DNA of 64,000 bases from Brevundimonas sp. (GTDB taxonomy: Bacteria; Pseudomonadota; Alphaproteobacteria; Caulobacterales; Caulobacteraceae). This document shows positions 1-9,100 of this stretch, in pieces (position 1 is the stretch's first letter; each line of letters opens with the position of its first letter). The stretch spans positions 17,794 to 81,793 of the forward strand of contig NZ_JBIIAY010000001.1 of NCBI RefSeq assembly GCF_044239655.1, given 5' to 3'. The position numbers were made by a program, and so were the translations under genes. The notes beneath the pieces are model-generated. The model did no database searches. It saw only the letters and a list, made by a program, of their open reading frames with translations, and had not been told where the DNA came from.

Positions 1-615
1 GCCCTGATCCACATCAAGAACGAGATCGACCCGACCCTGTCGTTCCGGCGTTCATGCCGCGAGGGCATCTGCGGCTCGTGCTCGATGAACATCGACGGGC
101 GCAACACCCTGGCCTGCACCAAGGGCTGGGACGAATGCTCGTCCTCGACCATCGCCATCGCCCCCCTGCCCCACCAGGCCGTGGTCAAGGACCTGGTGAC
201 GGACCTGACCCTGTTCTACGCCCAGTACGACTCGATCAAGCCGTACCTGCAGTCCGACGACGAGGACCCGACCACCGAGCGGCTGCAGAGCCCCGAGGAC
301 CGGGCCAAGCTGGACGGGCTGTACGAGTGCATCCTGTGCGCCTGCTGCTCGACCTCCTGCCCCAGCTACTGGTGGAACCAGACCGAGTATCTGGGCCCGG
401 CGGCGCTGTTGCAGTCGTATCGCTGGATCTCCGACAGTCGCGACGACAAGACCCAGGAGCGGCTCGACGACCTCGAGGACCCCTTCAAGCTCTATCGCTG
501 CCACACCATCATGAACTGCGCCCAGGTCTGCCCCAAGGGCCTGAACCCCGCCAAGGCCATCGCCGAAACCAAGAAGCTGATGGTCGCCCCGGGCCGGAAG
601 AAGCAGGCGGCGTAA
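1..615 (+). CDS. sdhB: succinate dehydrogenase iron-sulfur subunit, C-terminal part (5' end outside window)
   Basis: Frame 1 is open from base 1. Three Cys clusters ([48 protein letters not shown]) are typical of SdhB/FrdB Fe-S ligands. Confidence 0.93.
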   Translation, partial: ALIHIKNEIDPTLSFRRSCREGICGSCSMNIDGRNTLACTKGWDECSSSTIAIAPLPHQAVVKDLVTDLTLFYAQYDSIKPYLQSDDEDPTTERLQSPEDRAKLDGLYECILCACCSTSCPSYWWNQTEYLGPAALLQSYRWISDSRDDKTQERLDDLEDPFKLYRCHTIMNCAQVCPKGLNPAKAIAETKKLMVAPGRKKQAA

Positions 616-618
616 GGG

Positions 619-1323
619 TCAGCCGACCCCGTAGCCGTCCCACAGCGAGCGGTCCTTCAGGGTCGCGGCCAGAAAGGCGAGGTGGCGGTCGCGTTCGGCC
701 TCGGTCGAGCGGGGCGCGAGCGGGCGGGGGCGCAGACCGTGCCCGCCGGCGGCGGCGAAGGCGGCGGCCTGTTCGGCACCCTTGCGGCTGGTCAGGTCCA
801 GGACACGCTCCTTGCCGCCGCGCAGCTCCAGATAGACCTCGGCCAGGAGACGGGCGTCGATCAGGGCACCGTGGAAGGTGCGGTCGGCCAGATTGATCTT
901 GTAGCGTTTGCACAGGGCATCCAGCGAGTTGGGCTGGCCGGGATGCTTGGCCTGGGCCAGCGCCAGGGTGTCGATCCAGCGGGTCTCGTGCAGCAGGGCC
1001 TGCCCGCAACGGCCGCACTCATGATCGATGAAGTTGCGGTCGAACTGGGCGTTGTGGGCGATCACCGGCGCGTCGCCGATGAAGTCCATCAGGTCGATGA
1101 CGATCTCGGCGAATTTCGGCGCGTCCTTGACCTTGTCGTCGGTGATGCCGTGGACGCGGATGGCGTCGGGAGGGATCAGGCGCTCGGGATTGACCAACCG
1201 GTGAAAGGTCCGCCCCGTCGGCAACAGGTCCAGGATCTCGATACAGCCGACCTCGATCAGCCGGTCGCCCGTCCTGGGGTCAAAGCCGGTGGTTTCGGTG
1301 TCGAGGACGATTTCGCGGGCCAT
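619..1323 (-). CDS. dnaQ: DNA polymerase III epsilon subunit (3'-5' exonuclease)
   Basis: Exo motifs IVLDTETTGFDP, HNAQFDRNFI and HGALIDARLLAEVYL; high GC3. Confidence 0.92.
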   Translation of the reverse strand: MAREIVLDTETTGFDPRTGDRLIEVGCIEILDLLPTGRTFHRLVNPERLIPPDAIRVHGITDDKVKDAPKFAEIVIDLMDFIGDAPVIAHNAQFDRNFIDHECGRCGQALLHETRWIDTLALAQAKHPGQPNSLDALCKRYKINLADRTFHGALIDARLLAEVYLELRGGKERVLDLTSRKGAEQAAAFAAAGGHGLRPRPLAPRSTEAERDRHLAFLAATLKDRSLWDGYGVG

Positions 1324-1350
1324 GGACGAATTATGGGGCCGTTCGCCGCC

Positions 1351-1971
1351 TCAGGAAAGGCCGGGCCGTCGCGAAGACCAGCCTGGACTGAGGACAGTTT
1401 CGACGATCCGGCGCACCTGCACCCGCGCCGCGTCCAGCCCCCGCCCGGTATCGATGACGAAGTCGGCGCGGCGACGCTTTTCGGCGTCCGGCATCTGGCG
1501 TTCCAGGATGGCGGCGAACCGTTCGGGCGTCATGCCGGGCCGGGCCAGGACCCGCGCGCGCTGGATATCGGCATCGGCGCTGACCACGACCACGGCGTCC
1601 ATGGCCGCGTCACCGCCGGTTTCGAACAGCAGGGGGATGTCCAGCACCGCCAGTCGGACGCCCCTCGCCTCGGCCCGCGCCAGATCCTCCAGCCGCCCGG
1701 CCGCCACCAGGGGGTGGACGATCCGTTCCAGCCGTTTGAAGGCCGTGTCATCCCGGCCCAGGGCCTCGGCCAGCCGGGTCCGGTCCACGGCACCGTCCAC
1801 GACCACGCCGGGGAAGGCCTCGCCTACCGGCCCGACGGCTGCACCGCCCGGCGCATAGAGCCGATGGACCGCATCGTCGGCGTTCCAGACGGCCGCACCC
1901 TCGTCGGCGAACATCGCCGAGGTCGTCGACTTGCCCATGCCGATCGAGCCGGTCAGGCCGATGATGATCAA
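1351..1971 (-). CDS. coaE: dephospho-CoA kinase
   Basis: N-terminal P-loop [17 protein letters not shown] start overlaps the aroE stop (TTGA). Confidence 0.88.
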   Translation of the reverse strand: MIIIGLTGSIGMGKSTTSAMFADEGAAVWNADDAVHRLYAPGGAAVGPVGEAFPGVVVDGAVDRTRLAEALGRDDTAFKRLERIVHPLVAAGRLEDLARAEARGVRLAVLDIPLLFETGGDAAMDAVVVVSADADIQRARVLARPGMTPERFAAILERQMPDAEKRRRADFVIDTGRGLDAARVQVRRIVETVLSPGWSSRRPGLS

Positions 1972-2825
1972 GAGGCCTCTCCAATGGCGGCCAGCAGCAG
2001 GGGGCGCAGATTCAGCGCCGGCGGTTCGGTGCGGAATATGGCCCGGAACGAGGGCCCCGCCTGACCGATCAGCATCCCCAGCCCGTCGACCGGCGTCAGC
2101 CCCTGCGCCTGCGCCGCCTTGAGAAAGGCCGTTTCGACCGGCCGATAGGTCATGTCCATGACCACCGTGCCCGCCGCCAGCCGTCCCAGGTCCAGGGTCG
2201 GCGGAACGCTGAGCGCATTGACGACCAGGGCTGCGCCGTCGAAGGCCCCCCCCTGTCCTGAAATGCCTTCGTCCGCGACCGACACCGCAGGGCCCAGATC
2301 GGCCGCCAGCGCCTCGGCCCGGTCCCGCGACCGGTTGACGAGCCGGACCTTCGCCCCCGCCGCCGCCAGGGTCTGGGCCGCCGCCCGCGCCGCGCCGCCT
2401 GCGCCCAGCATGACCACGATCGCGCCGTCCAATGTCAGCGCAGGGGCCTGATCGGCCAGGGCCGCCAGCAGGCCGAACCCGTCGGTCGAATCGGCGTGGA
2501 CCCGGCCGTCCTCGAACACCAGAACGTTAGCCGAGCCCGAAGCGGTCGCCTCAGCGCTGGCGCTGTCGGCCATAGCGAAGGCCTGTTCCTTGAACGGGGC
2601 GGTGACATTGACCCCGGCCAGCATCCCGGCCCGGCCGAACGCCACCAGGGTCTCGAACGCGGCCTCGTCGGGCGGGGCAAAGGCGGCATAGACGGCGTCC
2701 ATCCCCGCCGCCTCGATCCAGGCATTGTGGATGACCGGGCTCAGCGAATGGGCCACGGGCCGGCCAACGATGCCGCCCAGCCTGGCCGCGCCAGTGATCA
2801 GACGGCTCGCCGACTTGCCGGTCAT
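1968..2825 (-). CDS. aroE: shikimate dehydrogenase
   Basis: [10 protein letters not shown] substrate motif and GAGGAARA dinucleotide fold. ATGA overlap with the maf stop. Confidence 0.9.
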   Translation of the reverse strand: MTGKSASRLITGAARLGGIVGRPVAHSLSPVIHNAWIEAAGMDAVYAAFAPPDEAAFETLVAFGRAGMLAGVNVTAPFKEQAFAMADSASAEATASGSANVLVFEDGRVHADSTDGFGLLAALADQAPALTLDGAIVVMLGAGGAARAAAQTLAAAGAKVRLVNRSRDRAEALAADLGPAVSVADEGISGQGGAFDGAALVVNALSVPPTLDLGRLAAGTVVMDMTYRPVETAFLKAAQAQGLTPVDGLGMLIGQAGPSFRAIFRTEPPALNLRPLLLAAIGEAS

Positions 2826-3433
2826 TGGATCAACACGCCGCAGCGCCTCAGCTCAGCCAGCACCGGCCACAACGGCAGGCCCAGGACGGTGAAATAGTCG
2901 CCCTCGACCCGCTCGAACAGCTGGGCCCCCAGGCCTTCCAGGCGATAGGAGCCGACGCAGGACCGGATCGCCTCGCCTTCTTCGGCGACATAGGCATCCA
3001 GAAAGGCGTCCGACGTCTGGCGCATCACCATCCGCGCCGTATCGACCCCCGACCAGACCACCGCGCCGTCCCTGGTCAGGGCCGCGCCGGAATGCAGGGT
3101 GTGGGTCCGGCCGCGCATCGCCGCCAGCCGGGCACGGGCCTCCTCGACCGACCCAGCCTTGGAGATCAGGCCTCCGTCAAAGGCTAAAGTCTGATCCGCC
3201 CCCAACACCCAGGCCTCAGGCCGATGTCGCGACACGGCAAGCGCCTTCGCACAGGCGAGCTCGACCGCGAGCTCTTCAGGCGACGCATCGGCCATGGCGA
3301 CCTTGATGGCATCCTCGTCCACCCCCGCGACCTCGACCGTGAAACTGACCCCCGCATTCGCCAACATAGACGCCCGGGCGCTGCTGCCCGACGCGAGTAC
3401 AAGGGTTTCGCGGGGGGGCGTTCCCCCCGTCAC
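2822..3433 (-). CDS. maf: Maf-like nucleoside triphosphate pyrophosphatase / septum formation protein
   Basis: LVLASGSSARASML N-terminus and overall Maf-family similarity. GTG start overlaps the upstream stop (GTGA). Confidence 0.86.
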   Translation of the reverse strand: MTGGTPPRETLVLASGSSARASMLANAGVSFTVEVAGVDEDAIKVAMADASPEELAVELACAKALAVSRHRPEAWVLGADQTLAFDGGLISKAGSVEEARARLAAMRGRTHTLHSGAALTRDGAVVWSGVDTARMVMRQTSDAFLDAYVAEEGEAIRSCVGSYRLEGLGAQLFERVEGDYFTVLGLPLWPVLAELRRCGVLIQ

Positions 3434-4314
3434 CAGGCGGCTCCGAGGCGGCGTGTGCGTTTTTCGCTGAGCAGGTTGACGATGCCGGCGGCGGTTTCCT
3501 CGACCGAGCGGCGGGTGACGTCGATGGTGGGCCAGCCGCGACGCTCGAAGGCCCGACGCGCCTTGACCGTCTCGTCACGCACGGCGTCGTGGTCGACATA
3601 GGCCGAGGACCGGTCGGCGTTCAGGCCGTCAAGGCGGTTCCTGCGGATCTGGATCAGGCGATCGGGCGAGACGGTCAGACCGACCACCAGAGGGTTGCGC
3701 AGGGCGACCAGCCGCTCTCCATCTTCCTGACCCGGCACCAGGGGTACATTGGCGGCGCGGATGCCCCGGTGGGCCAGATAGATGCAGGTCGGGGTCTTGG
3801 ACGTTCGTGACACGCCGCACAGGACGACGTCGGCCCCCTCCAGCTGCTCCAGCGTGCCCTGACCATCGTCATGGGCCATGGCGTAGTCGAGCGCCGCAAT
3901 GCGGTTGAAATATTCGTGGTCAAGCGCGTGCTGGGCCCCGATCCGGGTCGACAGGGCCGCACCCAGATAGCGGGACAGGGCCCCGACCAGCGGATCCAGC
4001 GCCCCGATGTGTGGCATGTCCAGGGTCCGGCAGCCCTTCTCGAGTTGGGCCCGCAGGTCCCGATCGACGAGGGTGTGCAGGACCACGCCCGGGGCCACGG
4101 CGATTTCCTCCAGCACCCGCTCCATCTGTTTAGAAGAGCGGACCAGGGCATAGATGTGCTCGATCGGGATGACACCGTCGAACCGGGCGGTGACCGCCTT
4201 GGCCATGGCGTTCAGTGTCTCGCCGGTGGAATCCGAGACTAGGTGGACGTGGAAATAGGTGGCCAGTCGCGAGACGCCGGGTCCGCGCGCGCCGTCCGTT
4301 GGGGCGGGGCTCAC
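3430..4314 (-). CDS. DUF299-family bifunctional kinase/pyrophosphorylase (PEP synthase / pyruvate,phosphate dikinase regulatory protein-like)
   Basis: FHVHLVSDSTGETL N-terminal motif and GVSRTSKTPT P-loop-like motif. First gene left of the origin gap, as the equivalent homologue is in Caulobacter. Confidence 0.85.
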   Translation of the reverse strand: MSPAPTDGARGPGVSRLATYFHVHLVSDSTGETLNAMAKAVTARFDGVIPIEHIYALVRSSKQMERVLEEIAVAPGVVLHTLVDRDLRAQLEKGCRTLDMPHIGALDPLVGALSRYLGAALSTRIGAQHALDHEYFNRIAALDYAMAHDDGQGTLEQLEGADVVLCGVSRTSKTPTCIYLAHRGIRAANVPLVPGQEDGERLVALRNPLVVGLTVSPDRLIQIRRNRLDGLNADRSSAYVDHDAVRDETVKARRAFERRGWPTIDVTRRSVEETAAGIVNLLSEKRTRRLGAAW

Positions 4315-4335
4315 GACGGGGTCCGCAAACTGAGG

Positions 4336-4344
4336 TGGGGATGC
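4336..4344 (-). promoter_or_regulatory. weak DnaA-box-like motif (GCATCCCCA, ATCCCC core)
   Basis: Bottom strand reads GCATCCCCA, a 6/9 match to TTATCCACA. Confidence 0.3.
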
Positions 4345-4357
4345 ATCCGTGGCTTCC

Positions 4358-4366
4358 TGTGGATCA
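4358..4366 (-). promoter_or_regulatory. DnaA box (TGATCCACA)
   Basis: Top strand tgtggatca; bottom strand TGATCCACA, an 8/9 match to TTATCCACA. Confidence 0.55.
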
Positions 4367-4601
4367 CCCCTGGGACGAGGCGTTCAAGTCCGGTCGAAAC
4401 GTCCCGTCGCCGGGGCATCGTTCTCTATAGCGCCGCGCCCTCGGGACGGCGAGACGGGATCGCGGGCGCCGTTTGAACCGCCAGAGCCTCGACTGTCCCA
4501 AGGGTGACGTGCGCCGTTCGCCTGCATGGGGAAAGTCCTAACGAAAGGTAAACGGTGCCCGTCGTCATCAACCGCCCGAACGGCCCTCAAACACCCGCGC
4601 G

Positions 4602-4616
4602 TTAAGGGTTGGTTAA
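4602..4616. promoter_or_regulatory. CtrA-type binding motif TTAA-N7-TTAA
   Basis: ttaa-gggttgg-ttaa is a perfect match to the CtrA recognition pattern. Confidence 0.55.
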
Positions 4617-4619
4617 GGA

Positions 4620-4628
4620 TTATCCCCG
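4620..4628 (+). promoter_or_regulatory. DnaA-box-like motif (TTATCCCCG)
   Basis: 7/9 match to TTATCCACA, 3 nt downstream of the TTAA-N7-TTAA motif. Confidence 0.4.
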
Positions 4629-4664
4629 GTTTCGACAGGGTGCGATGAATGCGCGCAGAGACCG

Positions 4665-4690
4665 TTACGCGTCTGTTAAGGTTCTGTTTA
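4665..4690. promoter_or_regulatory. overlapping degenerate CtrA-type half-sites TTAC-N7-TTAA-N7-TTTA
   Basis: ttac-gcgtctg-ttaa-ggttctg-ttta: three phased half-sites at 11-bp spacing. Confidence 0.35.
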
Positions 4691-4712
4691 CGTTCATGGC
4701 GAGAAGGCCGTA

Positions 4713-4729
4713 TCATCCCCGTCATCCCG
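4713..4729 (+). promoter_or_regulatory. tandem ATCCC-core motifs (TCATCCCC G TCATCCCG)
   Basis: Direct repeat of TCATCCC(C/G), possibly weak DnaA sites. Confidence 0.25.
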
Positions 4730-4747
4730 GGCCCTACCTTCTGCCTC

Positions 4748-4770
4748 CATAATTTTTCTATTCTTGTTCA
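4748..4770. other. AT-rich tract (candidate unwinding element and/or hemE promoter region)
   Basis: cataatttttctattcttgttca is the most AT-rich stretch I noticed near the origin in a roughly 67% GC context. Confidence 0.35.
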
Positions 4771-4838
4771 GGTGAAGGGGAGGGTCAGGCTTGAGAGCGG
4801 GGCTTGAGACCAAGGCGGGGGTCTCGTAGAGCCGGGTC

Positions 4839-5873
4839 ATGACAACGCCTGCGCTGCTCCAAGTCCTCGCCGGACAGACTACGCCCCGTCCGCCCGTCTG
4901 GTTCATGCGTCAGGCCGGGCGCTACCTGCCGGAGTACCGGGCTCTGCGGGCGGAGGCCCCCGACTTCATCGCCTTCTGCATGAACCCGGAGATGGCGGCC
5001 GAGGCGACGCTTCAGCCCATGCGTCGGTTCGGCTTCGACGCCGCCATCGTCTTCGCCGACATCCTTCTGATCCCCCAGGCCCTGGGTCAGGATGTCTGGT
5101 TCGAGACGGGGGAGGGGCCGCGTCTGGGCGAAATGCCCGTCGTCGGCCGGATGGCGGAGATGGCGCCGGGGGCCGGCGACCACCTGGCCTCGATCGGCCA
5201 GACGCTGTCGCGGGTGCGCGCGGCTCTGGAGCCGGAAAGGGCCCTGATCGGGTTCGCCGGGGCCCCCTGGACCGTGGCGACCTATATGCTGGACGGCCAC
5301 CACAACCGGATCGGCAAGGGCGAGCGCGCCACGGCCCGGTCCTATGCCTATGCCGAACGCGAGAAGGTCGACGGGCTGCTCGACGTCCTGATCGAAGCCA
5401 CGGCTCATTATTTCCGGATGCAGCAGGACGCCGGCGCCCAGGTGCTGAAGATCTTCGAGAGTTGGGCGGAAGGGTTGCCCGACGACCTGTTCGACCGGCT
5501 GGTGCTGGAACCGCACAAGCGGCTGGTGGCCCGATCCCGCGAACTGGGCGTCACCGTGCCCCTGATCGGCTTCCCGCGCGGGTCGGCTGCCCATGCCGAA
5601 CGCTATGCCCGTGAGGTCGATGTCCAGGCCGTGGCGCTCGACACCGCCTGTCCACTGGAGATCGGCAAAAGGGTTCAGGCCATCAAGCCGATCCAGGGCG
5701 CGCTCGATCCCCTGCTGCTGCGCGTCGGCGGCGACCTGCTGGACCGGCGGGTCGATCAGCTGATGCAGGCCTGGGGCGACGGGCCGTGGATCTTCAACCT
5801 GGGCCACGGCATCCTGCCGGACGTGCCGATCGCCCATGTCGAACAGGTCCTCAAGCGGATTGGTGCGCAGTGA
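4839..5873 (+). CDS. hemE: uroporphyrinogen decarboxylase
   Basis: PVWFMRQAGRYLPEY signature and full-length similarity. Confidence 0.95.
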   Translation: MTTPALLQVLAGQTTPRPPVWFMRQAGRYLPEYRALRAEAPDFIAFCMNPEMAAEATLQPMRRFGFDAAIVFADILLIPQALGQDVWFETGEGPRLGEMPVVGRMAEMAPGAGDHLASIGQTLSRVRAALEPERALIGFAGAPWTVATYMLDGHHNRIGKGERATARSYAYAEREKVDGLLDVLIEATAHYFRMQQDAGAQVLKIFESWAEGLPDDLFDRLVLEPHKRLVARSRELGVTVPLIGFPRGSAAHAERYAREVDVQAVALDTACPLEIGKRVQAIKPIQGALDPLLLRVGGDLLDRRVDQLMQAWGDGPWIFNLGHGILPDVPIAHVEQVLKRIGAQ

Positions 5874-6940
5874 CCGGCCCGACCCTGAACCGTCGGATCG
5901 CCGTCGTCCTGTTCAACCTGGGTGGGCCGGACGATGCGACCTCGGTCAAGCCCTTCCTCTTCAACCTGTTCAGCGACCCGGCCATCATCGGCCTGCCGGG
6001 ATTTCTGAGGAATGCCGTGGCCCGCTTGATCTCGTCTCGGCGAGAGACCTCGGCCCAGGCCAATTATGCGATGATGGACGCAGGCGGCGGCTCGCCCCTG
6101 CTGCCCGAGACCCGCAAACAGGCGGCGGCGCTTGAGACTGTGCTGGGGGCCACTTTGCCGGCCGATCAGGTCCGCACCTTCATCGCCATGCGCTACTGGA
6201 ACCCGCTGACGGAACAGACCGCCGCTGATGTCGCGGCCTTCGCGCCCGATGAAGTCGTTCTGCTGCCGCTCTATCCCCAGTTCTCGACGACGACGACCGA
6301 GTCCTCGCTCAAGGCCTGGAATGCCGCCTATGCCGGGCCGGGCCGCACCCGTGCCGTCTGTTGCTACCCCCAGGCACCCGGCTGGATCGAGGCCCAGGTC
6401 GAGGGCATTCGTGCCGCCCTGGTCCAGGCCGGCGACGATCCGGTCCGCGTCCTGTTCTCGGCCCACGGCATCCCCGAGAGCCTGGTGCTTAAGAAGGGCG
6501 ATCCCTACCAGGAACAGGTCGAATCCACCGTCGCTGCCGTGATGGCCGGGTTGGGCGAAGGCGTTGACCACGTCCTCTGCTATCAGAGCCGGGTCGGGCC
6601 GATGAAGTGGCTGGGGCCGACCACGCCCGACGGGATCGCTCAGGCCGCCAGCGACGGCGTCGGTGTCATCGTCGTCCCCGTGGCCTTCGTCTCCGAACAT
6701 ATCGAGACCCTGGTCGAGCTCGACATCGAATACGGCGAACTGGCCCACAGCCTGGGCGTCGCCCCCTATCTGCGCACCCCGACGGTCAGTCTCGCGGCGC
6801 CCTTCATCGCCCAGCTGGCCGAGGCCGTGACCGGGGCTATCGGGCGCGCCGACCTCGTCACCGCCCCCTGCGGTCAGGGCTGCAAGGCGCGCTGGAAGGC
6901 CTGTCCCTATCAGGCCGAGCTGGAAGGCCGCGCCGCATGA
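5870..6940 (+). CDS. hemH: ferrochelatase
   Basis: RIAVVLFNLGGPD N-terminus and FSAHGIPE motif. GTG start overlaps the hemE stop (GTGA). The longer track ORF (5786) overlaps hemE. Confidence 0.9.
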   Translation: MTGPTLNRRIAVVLFNLGGPDDATSVKPFLFNLFSDPAIIGLPGFLRNAVARLISSRRETSAQANYAMMDAGGGSPLLPETRKQAAALETVLGATLPADQVRTFIAMRYWNPLTEQTAADVAAFAPDEVVLLPLYPQFSTTTTESSLKAWNAAYAGPGRTRAVCCYPQAPGWIEAQVEGIRAALVQAGDDPVRVLFSAHGIPESLVLKKGDPYQEQVESTVAAVMAGLGEGVDHVLCYQSRVGPMKWLGPTTPDGIAQAASDGVGVIVVPVAFVSEHIETLVELDIEYGELAHSLGVAPYLRTPTVSLAAPFIAQLAEAVTGAIGRADLVTAPCGQGCKARWKACPYQAELEGRAA

Positions 6941-7401
6941 ACTCTTATGACATTGCCCGGGGCCTTCACATCCTGGCCGTGATCGCCTGGATGGCCGGCC
7001 TGCTGTTCCTGCCGCGTCTCTATGCCTATGACGCCGAACAGGCCGACAAGCCCGAGCCGCTGAAGACCGAGATGCGGACCCTGCTGCGTGCCTGGCAGGG
7101 GCGGCTGCTGAAGATCATCCTCAACCCGGCGGCGGCCCTGTCGCTGATCTTCGGGACCTGGCTGATCCATCTCGACGTGCAGATGCGGGGGCCCGAGTTC
7201 CTCGCCCAGCCGTGGATGGTCGTGAAGCTGCTGGGTGTCGTCCTGCTGTTCGGCTGGCACGGCTTCCTGTCGGCGGAGCGCAAGCGGATCCTGGCGGGGA
7301 CGTCGGTGAGGACCAGCCGGTTCTGGCGCATGACCAACGAGATTCCCTTCCTGCTGGCCATCGTGATGGTGCTGTCGGTGACGACGGAGTGGACGTTCTA
7401 G
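6937..7401 (+). CDS. hemJ: HemJ-type protoporphyrinogen IX oxidase (UPF0093/CopD-like membrane protein)
   Basis: LHILAVIAWMAGLLFLPRLYAY motif and multiple hydrophobic helices. ATGA overlap with the hemH stop. Confidence 0.78.
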   Translation: MNSYDIARGLHILAVIAWMAGLLFLPRLYAYDAEQADKPEPLKTEMRTLLRAWQGRLLKIILNPAAALSLIFGTWLIHLDVQMRGPEFLAQPWMVVKLLGVVLLFGWHGFLSAERKRILAGTSVRTSRFWRMTNEIPFLLAIVMVLSVTTEWTF

Positions 7402-7407
7402 GAACTC

Positions 7408-7428
7408 CCTCTTCCCCTGGGAGAGGGG
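7408..7428 (+). terminator. stem-loop after hemJ (CCCTCTTCCCCTGGGAGAGGG), solo copy of the GGGAGAGGG arm motif
   Basis: Inverted repeat 7 nt after the hemJ stop with no clear U-tract. Same arm sequence type as the element at 46801-46970. Confidence 0.4.
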
Positions 7429-7554
7429 GCCATCGTCTCAGCCCCGCTTGACCCCGCCCCCCGATCCGTGGTTTCGCTGCGCGTGAGGCGTGGCTTCGGC
7501 TGCGCTGCCCTTCTCTCTGCGCCGACCGGTGCGCCTGGCTTCTCAAGCCGCCGC

Positions 7555-7620
7555 CGGACCCGACGCCCTCCCTCCGGCCCACAAGGCCAATCTTTTCCAA
7601 GCCTCCCGTCCCGCGCCGCC
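7555..7620 (+). promoter_or_regulatory. C-rich/G-poor rho leader segment (candidate rut site)
   Basis: In 7561-7620 I count 32 C versus 11 G. Lies in the 254-nt untranslated region upstream of rho. Confidence 0.4.
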
Positions 7621-7655
7621 TGGCGTCCGGGCGCGCGGCCGAGTGCTATCCCGAC

Positions 7656-9092
7656 ATGACCGACATCAACGACACCGAGTCCGCCGCTCCCGAGGCTGAG
7701 GCCCTGGACACGCCCTCTTCGGAAGATCAGTCGCCCGACGCGACCCCCGAAGAGATCGCCGCCGCCGACAGCGCCATCGAGGCCGCCGAAGCCGAGGACG
7801 AGGAGGAGGGCGAGGCCGTCGTCCCGTCAGGCCGGATCACGCTTCAGGAACTGAACGACAAGACCCCCGCCGACCTGGTCGCCTTCGCCGAACAGCTCGA
7901 GATCGAGAACGCCGGCAACCTGCGCAAACAGGACCTGCTGTTCGCCATCCTCAAGGCCCTGGCCGACGAGGAGGTCGAGATCATCGCCGACGGGGTTCTG
8001 GAAATCCTGTCCGACGGCTTCGGCTTCCTGCGCAGCCCCGGTGCCAACTACCTGCCGGGTCCGGACGACATCTATGTCTCGCCCTCGCAGATCCGCCGCT
8101 TCGGCCTTCGCAACGGCGACACGGTCCACGGGGCCGTTCGTGGCCCCCGTGAAGGCGAGCGCTATTTCGCCCTGCTCAAGGTCGACACGATCAATTTCGA
8201 GAGCCCGGAAACGGTCTCGACCAAGGTCCTGTTCGACAATCTGACCCCGCTCTATCCCGACGAGCGGCTGCACATGGAAATCCAGGATCCGACGCTCAAA
8301 GATCGCTCGGGCCGGGTCATCGACATCGTTGCCCCGCTCGGCAAGGGCCAGCGCTGCCTGATCGTGGCCCCGCCGCGCGTCGGCAAGACGGTGATGCTGC
8401 AGAACATCGCCAAGTCGATCGAGAAGAACCACCCCGAAGTCTTCCTGATCGTCCTGCTGATCGACGAGCGCCCCGAAGAAGTGACGGACATGCAGCGCAC
8501 CGTAAAGGGCGAGGTTGTGGCTTCGACCTTCGACGAACCAGCCACCCGCCACGTCGCCGTCGCCGAAATGGTGATCGAAAAGGCCAAGCGGCTGGTCGAG
8601 CACAAGCGCGACGTCGTCATCCTGCTGGACTCGGTCACCCGCCTGGGCCGGGCCTATAACGCGACCGTCCCGTCCTCGGGCAAGGTCCTGACCGGCGGTG
8701 TCGACGCCAACGCCCTGCAACGGCCCAAGCGGTTCTTCGGTGCGGCACGCAACGTGGAACAGGGCGGCTCCCTGACCATCATCGCCACGGCTCTGATCGA
8801 CACCGGCAGCCGGATGGACGAGGTGATCTTCGAAGAGTTCAAGGGCACCGGCAACTCCGAGATCGTGCTGGACCGCAAGGTCGCCGACAAGCGCATCTTC
8901 CCCGCCATCGACGTGCTGAAGTCCGGCACTCGCAAGGAAGAGCTGATCACGCCGAAGGATCAGCTGACCAAGACCTATGTCCTGCGCCGCATCCTGAACC
9001 CAATGGGCCCGCAGGACGCGATCGAGTTCCTGCTCGACAAGTTGCGCCAGTCCAAGAACAACGCCGACTTCTTCCAGTCGATGAATACGTAA
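7656..9092 (+). CDS. rho: transcription termination factor Rho (with about 60-aa acidic N-terminal extension)
   Basis: Walker [12 protein letters not shown]-binding region GFGFLR and Q/R-loop regions. The N-terminus is rich in D/E/A. Confidence 0.96.
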   Translation: MTDINDTESAAPEAEALDTPSSEDQSPDATPEEIAAADSAIEAAEAEDEEEGEAVVPSGRITLQELNDKTPADLVAFAEQLEIENAGNLRKQDLLFAILKALADEEVEIIADGVLEILSDGFGFLRSPGANYLPGPDDIYVSPSQIRRFGLRNGDTVHGAVRGPREGERYFALLKVDTINFESPETVSTKVLFDNLTPLYPDERLHMEIQDPTLKDRSGRVIDIVAPLGKGQRCLIVAPPRVGKTVMLQNIAKSIEKNHPEVFLIVLLIDERPEEVTDMQRTVKGEVVASTFDEPATRHVAVAEMVIEKAKRLVEHKRDVVILLDSVTRLGRAYNATVPSSGKVLTGGVDANALQRPKRFFGAARNVEQGGSLTIIATALIDTGSRMDEVIFEEFKGTGNSEIVLDRKVADKRIFPAIDVLKSGTRKEELITPKDQLTKTYVLRRILNPMGPQDAIEFLLDKLRQSKNNADFFQSMNT

Positions 9093-9100
9093 GGCGACGT

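Larger units (their letters stand above)
4315..4838. other. putative chromosomal replication origin (Cori-type), upstream of hemE
   Basis: 524-bp non-coding gap at a strand switch of gene orientation. Contains DnaA-box-like and CtrA-type motifs and an AT-rich tract (sub-features below). Neighbourhood hemE / gap / DUF299 gene matches the Caulobacter origin. Confidence 0.7.

Noticed and set aside
682-2064. 460-aa ORF on the plus strand
   Set aside because: Antisense to dnaQ and coaE; artefact.
4378-4400. tRNA T-loop-like string GTTCAAGTCC in the origin gap
   Set aside because: The flanking bases do not form a T-stem (GGCG versus CCGG are not complementary), and no acceptor or anticodon arms can be drawn. 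Not a tRNA.
4315-4838. Absence of GANTC in the origin gap as a significant signal
   Set aside because: I checked every GA dinucleotide and found none. However, the chance expectation in 524 bp of GC-rich DNA is only about 1-2 sites, so absence alone is not statistically meaningful. It is mentioned only as a contrast with Caulobacter.
4384-4906. 113-aa and 70-aa minus-strand ORFs inside the origin gap
   Set aside because: They overlap the DnaA/CtrA motif region and the hemE start. Codon usage is poor and they have no RBS or motifs.
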